Assembly (NCBI RefSeq): GCF_036365525.1
Contig: NC_090373.1
Span: forward strand, 53,039,339-53,103,338
DNA: 64,000 nucleotides
Source of the DNA: Heterodontus francisci
Lineage: Eukaryota
Direction of reading: 5' to 3'
Shown: positions 50,501 to 61,855 of the stretch, in pieces
Layout: each line of letters opens with the position of its first letter
How positions within the stretch are numbered: the stretch's first letter is position 1
The notes under the pieces: generated by a model
Database searches by the model: none
What the model saw: the letters and a program-made list of their open reading frames with translations, nothing else
What the model was told of the DNA's origin: nothing
Made by a program: the position numbers and the translations under genes

Positions 50501-51435
50501 ATACTTTCTTCTCTCGTACAATCCGGCACTCTCATTCTATGCACCTCATTCCTCTTTTCTACTTCTATATGCTGGTGCCCATGCCCCTGCTAATTTAATT
50601 TAAACTTTCCCCAATCACACTCGTGAACCTCCCCACAAGGACATTGGTCCCAGTCCTGTGGAGGTGCAAGCCATCCCTTTTGAATAGGTGCCTCCTGCCC
50701 CAGAATTAGTCTCAATGCCCCAGGAATCTGAAGCCCTCCCTCCTGCACCATGCCTCAAGCCACGCATTGATCCTTCCTCTCTTCCTATTTCTACTCTTGC
50801 TAGCGCGTGGCACTACTACCTTCCTCTTTAGCTCCTGAAAATCTGACTGTAGGACCTCAATACCTGCTATTTCTATGTTGTTGGTACCAAGGTGCACAAC
50901 AACTTTTGTCTCTCTCTCTTCCTCTGCAGAATATTCTGCACCCTCTCCATGATGTCCTTTACCCTGGCACCAGGGAGGCAACACAGCCTGCAGGATGGGT
51001 ACAGAAATGCCTGTCTGTCCTCCTAACTATAGAATCTCCTATAACGACTGCATTTCTATGCTTTGCTGGTCCGTCCTGTGCAGTCCCTTGCCTATTGGTG
51101 TCATGGTCTGGACTGCACCCCTTCAAGGTGTCATCACTCCCAGCAGTCTCCAATGCTGAGTACTGGTTTGACAGTGGCACACACCCCAAAGACTCCTGCA
51201 CCTTCTGCCTCTTCCTACTTTTCAGGATGGCCACCCATCTACTATCTTGAACTCTCATTGCCTGTTGGATGACCACCTCCTGGAACATATGATTCACGAA
51301 ACTCTCATCCTCCCTGGTGCTTTGCAGTGACCCCAGCTGTCCCTTCAGCTCAGAAATCCTGAGCTTGAGCTCAAGCAGCTGGAGACACTTCCTACACACG
51401 TGATCCCCCAAGACACATGAAGTGTCCTGAAGTGT
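47535..51435 (-). mobile_element. Near full-length CR1 (ORF1 esterase + ORF2), with a nested CR1 tail at about 48652-48808
   Basis: HVCRKCLQLLEL..VVIGDSIVR; IMGDFNYPNIDW..LLDLVL (endonuclease); NYRPVSLTSVVGK; YKALVRPQLEH. Confidence 0.92.
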
Positions 51436-51762
51436 TACTTGATTTGTGAATGAAATGATAAACAGTATACATGTTAGAAAATTGCTCCAGATAAACTAAA
51501 TTTAAGGGTATATCGATGTCACCATCAAAACAATCAAACTATGTAGTATGAAGTTTTACATTTGTTGTGTAAGAACAAGCTTTGAAACCATATTCAAAGT
51601 CATTTCCCCTCCATTCCCCCTCCATAAAGACACGGGAGTTGGCATGCCAGCTTAAATCATAATTTGCATGGGGAAAATATGTGTCTTTTTAAAGCTGCTT
51701 ATATCTTATTAAATATAACAGAAATCAAAGTGCTCACTTTTCAGCACTGCCCTCCCCTGCAG

Positions 51763-52154
51763 CTGTTGCTGGAGTACGAGAGGTAGAAAATAAGATTTAC
51801 CTGCTGGTGAAGGAAGAGAAGAGATACACGGATGCCCATGAGTATTGTCGTGACCGAGGAGGACTTCTCATAATGCCAAAAGATGAGGCAACCAATAGCC
51901 TCATTGCTTCTTACATCAGCGAAGCAGGTCTCAGCAGAGTATTCATTGGTGTTAATGATCTGGAGGAGGAAGGCCAGTTTGTCTTTACAGATGGGTCACC
52001 ACTACAGACCTTCAACAAGTGGCGGAATGGAGAGCCAAACAATGCCTATGACGAAGAAGACTGTGCGGAAATGGTATCTTCTGGGGGGTGGAATGATGTC
52101 ACTTGTCATATTACAATGTATTTTGTCTGTGAATTTGATAAAGATATACCTTAA
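51763..52154 (+). CDS. COLEC11: Collectin-11 last coding exon (C-type lectin CRD)
   Basis: ctgcag|CT; encodes [22 protein letters not shown]...[41 protein letters not shown]-stop with EPN and WND motifs. Six exons total 816 nt = 271 aa + stop. Confidence 0.97.
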
Positions 52155-53221
52155 TTCAATCAGCTCCTGAAGTTGGAGCATGATATTATTCCACATCCAC
52201 GATGGATAAATTGGTATTAGTTTCAAAATCAATGATACCTCAAGGGGGGGGGGGGGGTGGTGATTAGATTTTTGTGTACACTTGATTTTTCACTAATGTT
52301 CGTAGTTATACAGTAAATGTATTGAGTTTTAGCAGAACCATTTTCTTGTGCTTTATATTTTCAGAAAACAAGACTGGAGGTAATTTGACTTTGTGTGATA
52401 GTGTAAAAAGAGGAAGACCAATGAAGTCATTGGAAATGAAAATTGGGAGAGATATACAATGGGCGATTGATCCGATATTGCCTATTTTACACTATCACAC
52501 ACAGACAAAGCTACTTGCATTCAGTTGTTTCTTAAATTTCTCTTTCCTCCTTTGCTATCAGTGCAGCCTTTTGATTTATCTTTGAATACTGCAAATGACA
52601 AACTATGACTTGCTGCTTTGGACTAGACAGTTCCCCGCCCATTTAAAATGAACATTAAAGTGAGTTCTTAAAGATAAAGAGAAAGTCTTTTTCTTGCCAT
52701 TCTGTGCAAGACATGAAGGGTTAGAAATTGGTCCTTGCTGTCTTCGTCTTCTACTTATTTCAAGGCGTCCCTATCACAGAATTTGATGCTATAAGACAGA
52801 GAAGATCAAAGCAAGCATTTGAGGAACATCAGAGGTGAACTGCCTGCATCCGCCATCATGCCAGCAACCATATCTGCAGGCCCAGGGGCAGCTGCCTGAA
52901 AATGACTGAGGCTTTGGTTCACCATCTGCTGCAAGGATACTTCCATCATTGGGATTGTATTGCTGGGCCACTTAAGGCCACCTCCTCCCTTGACTTTCTT
53001 GCCTATATCCTTGGAGAATGGCATGGAGATCACCTGCAGCATCCGCCAATTTGATGCTCACTCATGTATCACACAAGTGACAGATGCCTATGGAGTAGAC
53101 CCAGCGCTTCCATCTCCTTTCCCACAAATTAGCAACAGCAGCAAGACATGACTGTCCAATCTGCACTGCTGCAATTTCCAAAACAAAAGGAACCATTGAT
53201 GGCATTATGTGGCTAGCACCA

Positions 53222-54030
53222 ACAACAAAAACTAGTATTTATATAGTGCCTTTAATGTATTAAAATGTTCCAGGGCACTTCACAGGAACAATATAAAACA
53301 AAATTTGATATTGAGCCATGTAGGAAATATTAGGGCAGATGAAGAGATAGTTTTTAAGGAGTATCTTAAAGGTGGAAAGAGAGGCAGAGAGATGGATAAG
53401 TTTAGGAAGGGATCCTGAGATTATGGCCTTGGCAGCAGAAGGTACAACCACCAATGGTAGAGCGATTAAAATTGGGGATCTCAAGAGGCCTGAATTAGAG
53501 GAGCGGAGATATCTTGGAGAGTTGTGGGGCTTGAGGAGATTACAGAGATAGGGAGGGTGAGGCCATGGAGAGATTTGAAAACAAGAATGAGAATTTTAAA
53601 ATCGAGGCATTGCTTAAGCGGGAGCCAATGTAGGCCAACAAGCACAAGGGTGATGTGTGAATGGGACCTGGTGCGAGTTAGGACATGGGCAGCAAAGTTT
53701 TGAATGACTTCAAGTTTAGGGAGGATAGAATGTGGGAGGCAGGCCAGGAGTGCGTTAGAATAGTCAAGTCTGGAGGTGACAAAGGCAAGGATGAGGGTCT
53801 CAGCAGCAGAAGAGCTGAGGCAGAGATGGAGTTGTGCGATGTTACAGAGATAAACATAGGTGGTCTTAGTGATGGAGTGGCCATGAGGTTAGAAGCTCAT
53901 TTCAGGGTCAAATATGATACCAAGATTGCAAACAGTCTGGTTCAGTTGGAAAGGAGAGGGATGGAGTCAGTAGCTAGGGAACAGAGTTTGTGGTAGGACT
54001 AAAGATAATGGATTCAGTCTTCCCAATATT
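53222..54030 (-). mobile_element. L2 LINE 3' fragment
   Basis: Minus strand reads like the L2 ORF2 end (..LIL/HAFVTSRLDYSN..) and ends in gcactatataaatactag-type tail. Confidence 0.8.
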
Positions 54031-54644
54031 TTGCTGTTTCCATTTAAATATTTCCAATATTTATTCCCAATATTGAGCACCCTCATCTAGTATCCACTTT
54101 TGCCTTACCCCTCCTGTGCATTGTGACTCAGCAGTGCTCTCTCCTCAAACTTAATATCTGTATTCTGTGTGTGCGTGTGCGTGCTAAGGCTTCCGTCTAC
54201 TGGTTAGAGTGATGCAGGTTGCTGTGAGGTACTGGTTTGCTCAGGGTCACTGACAGTACTTGTGGGCTGCTCTCCCAGGACTTCAATAACAGAAGACATA
54301 CAGATGTTTGAATGCCGGCTCCAAAAGATAGGTTCAAATAGAGTTTGATGCAACCTTAAGCACCAGAAATATGAATGAGTGTGAAGGGGAATGAGACATA
54401 GCAGACTGGTAGTAACCCTGAGGCAGGAGTCCTATGGTTTCAACTTCCCTATTCCCTCAATGTATATATCGACAAGAATGCCCAGGGTGGCCTTCAGAAA
54501 GAAAATTAAAAGGCTCATCATTTCTGGGACCTCCTCCAGTTTGAGTCTGTTTCCTTGCATTATGTACTATCTCAATATACCTGCAGAACTATGTGATGTA
54601 TCTGGTTACCACAGGTTAAATGTTAACTTCACCTTTTCTGTGTA

Positions 54645-55291
54645 AATAAAATATCTAATTAATTTCCATGTTACATTCACAAAGGCTCACTTTATAGGCC
54701 CATTATCCATTGGGTGTAGTCTTTGGTAACACTGCAAAAGATGTTGACAGAACTGGCATCTCTGTTATCTTCCTTAATACCAATGTACTGCTGGCATTGT
54801 GTAATCTGGCCTCAACTGTGGTTAATGCAACTGATGTGCTGCCAATTTCCGATAACACTAATATTAAAAATATTTAGTACCGTGATAGGACACAATTGTC
54901 ATTTTTATATTAGGTTATCTGTGTTCAGTTGCTGTGATCTGGTGAAAGTAATACACACTAAAATAGCTTGATTGCTTGTGCTTTCTCTGAGCAATAAACA
55001 GTAATTTAGGCGAAAGAACTGCAGTAATCTAAAAGTAACACAGAACTATAGCACCTTGTGTTTTCACTAGACTTAGCCACAGTGCAGCTCTAAATGTAGT
55101 GGGTGTGGAACAATAAAATCATTGACCTTATCAAACCAAGACTGACTATATCAATGTTGTCCTTTAGTCTTGTGCCGCTGGATAAGACAAAATGTGCAAA
55201 GTAGAATAAATTCTAAAGAAACATATACTGAATATTGTAATGAACTAAATACTCTTTTTTCTATATTTACTTACCTCAAATTGGAAATAAA
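54645..55291 (+). terminator. Cluster of polyadenylation signals (candidate COLEC11 3' ends)
   Basis: AATAAA at 54645, 54993, 55112, 55205 and 55286 in AT-rich, apparently non-repetitive sequence downstream of the stop. Confidence 0.4.
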
Positions 55292-55714
55292 CCTGTGTCT
55301 TTTCTGCCAATTTTATATATTGCATTATTATTTAGTTTACACTGCACTGACAAATTACAGTATTTTGTGTTTTATAAACAGTAAAATTGTCTCTTGAACT
55401 CCTTCAGAGATGCAATGTCTCCATGTTCCTTGTATGTTCAACTGCTATTACCTCTCATATTTGATGACCCATTCTTAGTTCTTCATCCATCGATAATCTT
55501 TACCTAACCACTCCTTTAATCTCAAATGAAACTCATAAGCCCCTTCTATTGCTAAAGCTGCCTCCAAGAATCACTTTCTACTTTTGTACCAAACATCTCT
55601 TTTCTCCCTCCATGGTTATAAAGCCCAACTCTATCCAAAATTTTGATTTTTGCTCCCATATCTGAGGACACTCTACTTGTACTTATTGCACACACCTGGA
55701 TTGGATACAAGAAA

Positions 55715-55825
55715 AGTTCTGATGAAAGGTCATCAACCTGAAATGCTGAAATGTGACTAAGTCTCACTCTCCACAGATGCTGCCTGACCTGCTAAATGGT
55801 ACCAGTATTTTCTGTTTTTATTTCT
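55715..55825 (+). mobile_element. Penelope-like element terminal repeat fragment with degenerate hammerhead core
   Basis: CTGATGA-A-AGGT-catca-ACCT-GAAA followed by ctctccacagatgctgcctgacctgct...tttctgtttttatttc. Confidence 0.65.
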
Positions 55826-55974
55826 TCTGGAGTTTTGTTTTTATTTTTGCTGTAGTTATGCTTTTTCTATTTGTACAATGACTAAAGACAGAATTGTCTG
55901 GTGAGTGGACAATGAAATTTGTCATTAGTAAAGAACAGTTATAGGCACTGCTGCAGTTTGTTTGTTTAAATTGT

Positions 55975-56310
55975 TTGCCTATGGCCTTGCCCCTTCCTAT
56001 CTCTGTTGCCCCCTCCACTCTCTCCCTCCCTCCCCAACCTGACACTCTCCTTTCCTCTGATTCTGGCTTCTTATGCATTTCACTTTCCTTTCAACCAAGA
56101 ATTGGTGGTCATGCCTTCAGCCACCTTGTTCCCATGCTTTGGAACTGTCTTCCAAAACCCCTCCGACTTTCAAACTCTACCCCTCCTTTAAGACCCTCAA
56201 ACTTTTGGTAATGCCTCATAGTCTCCCCTTCTTTGATTAGACGTCCTTAAGCGTCTGTGAAATACCTTTGAACATTTTCACTGTTAATAGTGTTACATAA
56301 GCGCAAATTA
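55975..56310 (+). mobile_element. L2 3' fragment
   Basis: IGGHAFSHLVPMLWNCLPKPLR motif; inverted homolog of 53230-53560. Confidence 0.75.
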
Positions 56311-56680
56311 TTATGACATAAGATTGGAATTTAACAGAGATGCACACTGGAGTAGTCTTATCACTGGGGCTTAAAATTGATAGCATTTAATAATATTGAA
56401 CTCGCCGATAAGAAGAGGCCTGAAGACCATCCTACGTTCGTCCTCAGAATCAATCTGGCAAGTTGTGGGAGCCAATCGCACGACCCAACACAGCTCGCCT
56501 GTGCAGGCCTTTCTCATTTTGGATGTCGAGCTGGTACGCTTGTAAAGCTGAGGGAGGGAGGCAAATGGGAAGTGAGGGAGGAGGTGGGAGAGCGATCTGG
56601 GGCAGGTGGTGGCCCGCAGTATTAATGTGAAGGCAGAAGGTACACTTCTGTCCCAAGTCCAGGGCAAACATGATGACATA

Positions 56681-56808
56681 AAAACCAAATACTGTGGATG
56701 CTGGAAATCTGAAATAAAAACAGAAAGCACTGGAAGTACTCAGCAGGTCAGGGAGCATCTGAAGAGAGAAACAGAGTTAATGTTTCAAGTCGATGACCTT
56801 TCATCAGA
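56681..56808 (-). mobile_element. Penelope-like element terminal repeat fragment with hammerhead core
   Basis: Minus strand CTGATGA-A-AGGT-catcg-ACTT-GAAA-CATTA-ACTCTG; inverted homolog of 55715-55825. Confidence 0.7.
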
Positions 56809-57509
56809 CATAACACCGATGTTACCTCATGAGGTAAGTGCAGCCTTCTGATGCATTGTCTATTGGACAGGTTGTGACATGACAGCTTGGATCTGTAAAT
56901 ACAATGGTGTAAGGAACTGTAAATGGATGACAGCTGCCTCTGATAAACCCGTCCTCCTTGTTGCACCTCCTCATTCTGCACTTCTTCCTCTTCAAATCAC
57001 AGGTAGGCGGGATTCCATAATGGAAACATCAATGTTTCTTGTGCTTTATGGCTGCATCAACCACTTCCCTCCAACCCAACCCCCAACCCCCAGCCCTACA
57101 GCGCTAGGATCAATGTAGAAGCTATTAGTAAGTTGGAGATAGAGAAAGTGCCCAAAGAGCAACAAACAAAGTGCAGCAAAGTTTGAGCAAGTGCATTATC
57201 TTACTAAAGTGTCCTGTAACAATACTTCTGCAAAATGCCATCTAACAATCAGTATCACCTCTTCAATGCTGAACGCATGGTCAATGGCTTTATCTGGAGT
57301 GAGTATAGGTTTTTGAAATGTCAGTAGCCTATACTTCAGGTTGCACCTGGGTTATACTACAAAAATTTTATTTAAATTTATTATTTAAATATATTATTTA
57401 AATGAAGTAGAGATCAGGTGATGTCATTGATACTTGAGACTAGCTTTACTCAATTTCTACTGGACGCAGGCCAGGTGCAAGTTGCCCAACTCCCAGATAA
57501 AGTCATACA

Positions 57510-57792
57510 CTGCCTGCCATCAAGGGCGGGTGTAAAAGATCACACGGCACTTGTCTAAGATGAGCAGAAGGGTTCTCCCGATGTCCTGGCCAACATTTAT
57601 TCCTCAACCAACACCACTAAAAACAGATTGTCTGGTCATTTAACTCATTGCCATTTGTGAGATGTTGTTGTGCACAAATTGTCTTCTGTATTTCCCTACA
57701 TTACAACAGTAACTATACTTAGAAAATTCTTCATTGACTGCGAAGCACTTTGTGACAGCCTGAGATCATGAAAGGTGCTATAGAAATTCAAG
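57510..57792 (+). mobile_element. DeuSINE (SacSINE1-like) core and tail
   Basis: gtcctggccaacatttattcctcaaccaaca...ctggtcatt...gtgcacaaattg...gaaaggtgctata. Confidence 0.75.
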
Positions 57793-57981
57793 GGATGTGG
57801 GGATGCACTTTCACCTACATTCCCACCTGTAGCATTTTTAATCCACCAGCATCTTGTCATAATTTTACTTCCCGTCTATAAGACTTTAATTCCCCAATTC
57901 TGTTTTATTTGGTCAACTTCCCTAACCCATGAATTATGAAAGCTGTACATCACCAAGAGCTGTTGCTATAAACTTGGTTCT

Positions 57982-60274
57982 GGCTGCAATTATCCACCCT
58001 GCGCATTAGGTGTAATTACCCACCCAGGCACCGGGTGCAATTAGCCACCCCAAGCACGGGCTGTAATTCCCCACCCCAGGCTCTGGGTGTAATTACCCCA
58101 TCCTGGGCACAGGTGTAATTAACCATTTCGGACATTGGGTTTAATTAACCCCCTTTGGGCACCGGCTGTAATTACCCAACCCTCAGGCACAGGGTGTAAT
58201 TACACCCCCAGGCACCAGATGCAATTACACAGCCCGGGGGCCGAGTATAATTACCCAGCCCGGGCAGTCAGGTTTAATTACCCAGCCCGGGTGTAGGGTT
58301 GTAATGACCCAGCCCAGGTGTATGGGTATAATTACCCAGCCCAGGCAGTAGGGATGTAATTACCCAGCCCAGGTGTAGGGATGTAATTACCCAGCCCAGG
58401 TGTAGGGGTATAATTACCCAGCCTGGGCAGTAGGGGCGTAATTACCCAGCCTGGGCAGTAGGGGTGTAATTACCCAGCCCAGGTGTAGGGATGTAATTAC
58501 CCAGCCCAGGTGTAGGGGTATAATTACCCAGCCCAGGCAGTAGGGGTGTAATTACTCAGCCCGGGTGTAGGGGTATAATTACCCAGCCTGGGCAGTAGGG
58601 GTATAATTACCCAGCCTGGGCAGTAGGGGTGTAATTACCCAGCCTGGGTGTAGGGGTATATTACCCAGCCTGGGCAGTAGGGGTATAATTATCCAGCCTG
58701 GGTGTAGGGGTATAATTACCCAGCCCAGGCAGTAGGGATGTAATTACCCAGCCTGGGCAGTAGGGGTGTAATTACCCAGCCTGGGTGTAGGGGTATAATT
58801 ACCCAGCCTGGGCAGTAGGGGTATAATTACCCAGCCTGGGCAGTAGGGGTGTAATTACCCAGCCTGGGTGTAGGGGTATAATTACCCAGCCTGGGTGTAG
58901 GGGTATAATTACCCAGCCTGGGCAGTAGGGGTGTAATTACCCAGCCTGGGTGTAGGGGTATAATTACCCATGCCAGGCAGTAGGGATGTAATTACCCAGC
59001 CTGGGCAGTAGGGGTGTAATTACCCAGCCTGGGTGTAGGGGTATAATTACCCAGCCTGGGCAGTAGGGATGTAATTTCCCAGCCCAGGTGTAGGGGTATA
59101 ATTACCCAGCCTGGGTGTCGGAGTATAATTACCCAGCCTGGGCAGTAGGGATGTAATTTCCCAGCCCAGGTGTAGGGGTACAATTACCCAGCCCGGGCAG
59201 TAGGGGTATAATTACCCAGCCCAGGCAGTAGGGATGTAATTACCCAGCCTGGGCAGTAGGGGTGTAAATACCCAGCCTGGGTGTAGGGGTATAATTACCC
59301 AGCCTGGGCAGTAGGGATGTAATTTCCCAGCCCAGGTGTAGGGGTATAATTACCCAGCCTGGGCAGTAGGGACATAATTTCCCAGCCCAGGTGTAGGGGT
59401 ATAATTACCCAGCCCGGGCAGTAGGGGTATAATTACCCAGCCCGGGCAGTAGGGGTATAATTACCCAGCCCAGGCAGTAGGGGTGTAAATACCCAGCCTG
59501 GGTGTAGGGGTATAATTACCCAGCCTGGGCAGTAGGGATGTAATTTCCCAGCCCAGGTGTAGGGGTATAATTACCCAGCCTGGGCAGTAGGGGTATATTT
59601 ACCCAGCCTGGGCAGTAGGGTATAATTACCCAGCCCGGGCAGTAGGGTATAATTACCCAGCCCAGGCAGTAGGGATGTAATTACCCAGCCTGGGCAGTAG
59701 GGATGTAATTACCCAGCCTGGGTGTAGGGGTATATTTACCCAGCCTGGGCAGTAGGGGTATAATTACCCAGCCCGGGCAGTAGGGATGTAATTACCCAGC
59801 CCGGGTGTAGGGGTATATTTACCCAGCCTGGGCAGTAGGGTATAATTACCCAGCCCAGGTGTAGGGGTATAATTACCCAGCCTGGGCAGTAGGGGTGTAA
59901 TTACCCAGCCTGGGTGTAGGGGTATAATTACCCAGCCCAGGTGTAAAGGTATAATTACCCAGGCTGGTCAGTCGGAATACAATTACCAAGCACAAGCAGT
60001 CGGGGTGTAATTAACCAGCCTGGGTGTAGGGGTATAATTATCCAGGCTGGCCAGTCGGAATATAATTACCAAGTACAAGCAGTAGGAGTGTAATTACCCA
60101 CCCCGGGGAGTTGGGGTGTAAGTACCCAGCCCAGGCAGTAGGGGTGTAATTACACACCCCGGGGAGTTGGGGTGTAATTACCCACCCTGGGCAGTTGGGG
60201 TGTAATTACCCACCCTAGGCAGTTGGGGTGTAATTACCCAGCCTGGGCAGTAGGGGTGTCATCATCCACCCCAG
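57982..60274. repeat. 27/28-bp minisatellite, about 80 units
   Basis: Units TAATTACCCAGCCTGGGCAGTAGGGGTR (28 bp) and TAATTACCCAGCCYRGGTGTAGGGGTA (27 bp); homogeneous core about 58250-59950 with decayed edges. Confidence 0.97.
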
Positions 60275-61855
60275 TGTAAGCCAATGCATTGGTTACATTA
60301 ATTGTATTAATCACTCTTAATCATGCAAACCATGCTTTTATTTCTTTCATATTAATGAAAGTAAACAGGTTGTGGTAGACTCCTGTGGGCAGAGGTTGTC
60401 TCATGGTGGTAAGAAGATGAAGCTACGAAGGGAGAATTCTGACCGAAGACATTATTGCTGGGATAGTTTTAACTAAAACAGACACACGCCCTGACATGTG
60501 TGTGTATGTGTGTGCATGTCCCTGAGGTGGTGGATTTTCACAGACACTTGCGTCTACAGAAACGGAACTAGACAATGGCCACTCAAGAATGTGTAAATGG
60601 CCTGAGTCATAGAGTCGTACAGCATAGAAACAGGCCCTTCGGCCCACCGTGTCCATGCCGACCATAATGCCTATCTATACTAATCCCATCTGCCTGCATT
60701 AATTCCATCTGCCTCTATGCCTTGCTCATTCGAGTACCTGTCCAGATGCCTCTTAAATGTCACTACTGTTCCTGCCTCCACCACCTCCTCAGGTAGCTCA
60801 TTCCAGATACCCCTTTCTTCCTGCCCCAAGATACAGTAATCACATCCATTATTGGCATGCAACTGGAACCCCCTCCCCCAACGCTGAGGGAAGCATATGA
60901 CCATGTGGATGACCAGGGTTGGATTAATAACCCAATTGGATGATCCGATTTAAGGTATTGCCTTATATGCCAAGGGCCAGAGTAAGGAAGGGGTATAAAG
61001 CCACAGTCCTCAAGGACATTGTTACTCCAGTCAGTAGAGTGGCCTGGTCAGCCATTCTGAAGTCGCGCTTGAAGATCTATCGAAGGACTGACCACCTGAG
61101 ATGGACGTTAGCTCGCGGGATTCCTAAGCAACCAATGTCATTGTGAGTATGCACTATTGCTTATAGATTTAATAAAGGTGTATCATGTTTAATGAAACAG
61201 CATCCAAGTTGTTGTGTGCCATTGTTATTATCAATGAAGACATGACCCTTTAGACCAGGTCTTACAAGTGGCGAGTCAGGCAGGAATCTTGAAGATAAAG
61301 AAATGGTAGAACATACTATGGATGGGTTAGTCACGAAGTACGTGGCAGAGAAATTATCTCTTAAACAGAGGTGGGTTCGGTTTATCCTGGAGGGGGATGA
61401 TCCGGTAGATGAGGCAGAACAGTGGACACAGGGGCCCACTCGATGAAGGCAGTTTGGCTGATGGTATATCAACGGCAGTAAAGGAAAGATGAGGCTGAGA
61501 AAACAAAATTCAAGCAGGAGCTGGAGGAGAGAGATAAGAAGCTCAGTGAATGGGATGCGGTTATTAATGGGTTAACAACACAGCGAGAGGAAGAGAGAGA
61601 GCCGGAACCCCCGGACGATAAACAGGAATAGGGGGTTGGGGGGTTCTGTAAAAAGAAAGGTAAAAGCAGTTGAAGGAAAGAGGGATCAGAACCTCTAATG
61701 TATTTATTTATTTTTCTTGCTTCTTTTTGAGTTCTGACTTAAGTTTCAAGTTGTCAAGCTGAATGTTGTAAGAATGGAAAATGCAAAGGAAGCTTCCAGT
61801 AACAATATATGTGTGTGAGTTTTAATGTGTTCTTTGGCACTTTGAGTTTATAGGA
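60275..61855 (+). mobile_element. LTR retroelement 5' end (LTR 60275-61266, PBS, start of internal region)
   Basis: TGTAAG...CTTACA ends; TATAAA near 60994; AATAAA at 61171. PBS TGGCGAGTCAGGCAGGAATC at 61269-61288 resembles the complement of the tRNA-Arg(ACG) 3' end. Short ORF 61303-61446; CR1 tail inserted at about 60604-60809. Confidence 0.8.

Noticed and set aside
3662-52154. COLEC10, MBL or surfactant protein assignment
   Set aside because: [29 protein letters not shown] and the 271-aa length fit COLEC11 as I recall it.
56377-56625. ALLC first coding exon (DHPTFVLRINLASCG looked faintly similar)
   Set aside because: No GGK-(I/V)-LFATD-type motif follows, and there is no fitting splice structure.
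57982-60274. CRISPR-like array of palindromic repeats
   Set aside because: Units are head-to-tail with no unique spacers, there are no cas genes, and the context is vertebrate. ORF 58992-59183 is a by-product of the 27-bp period.
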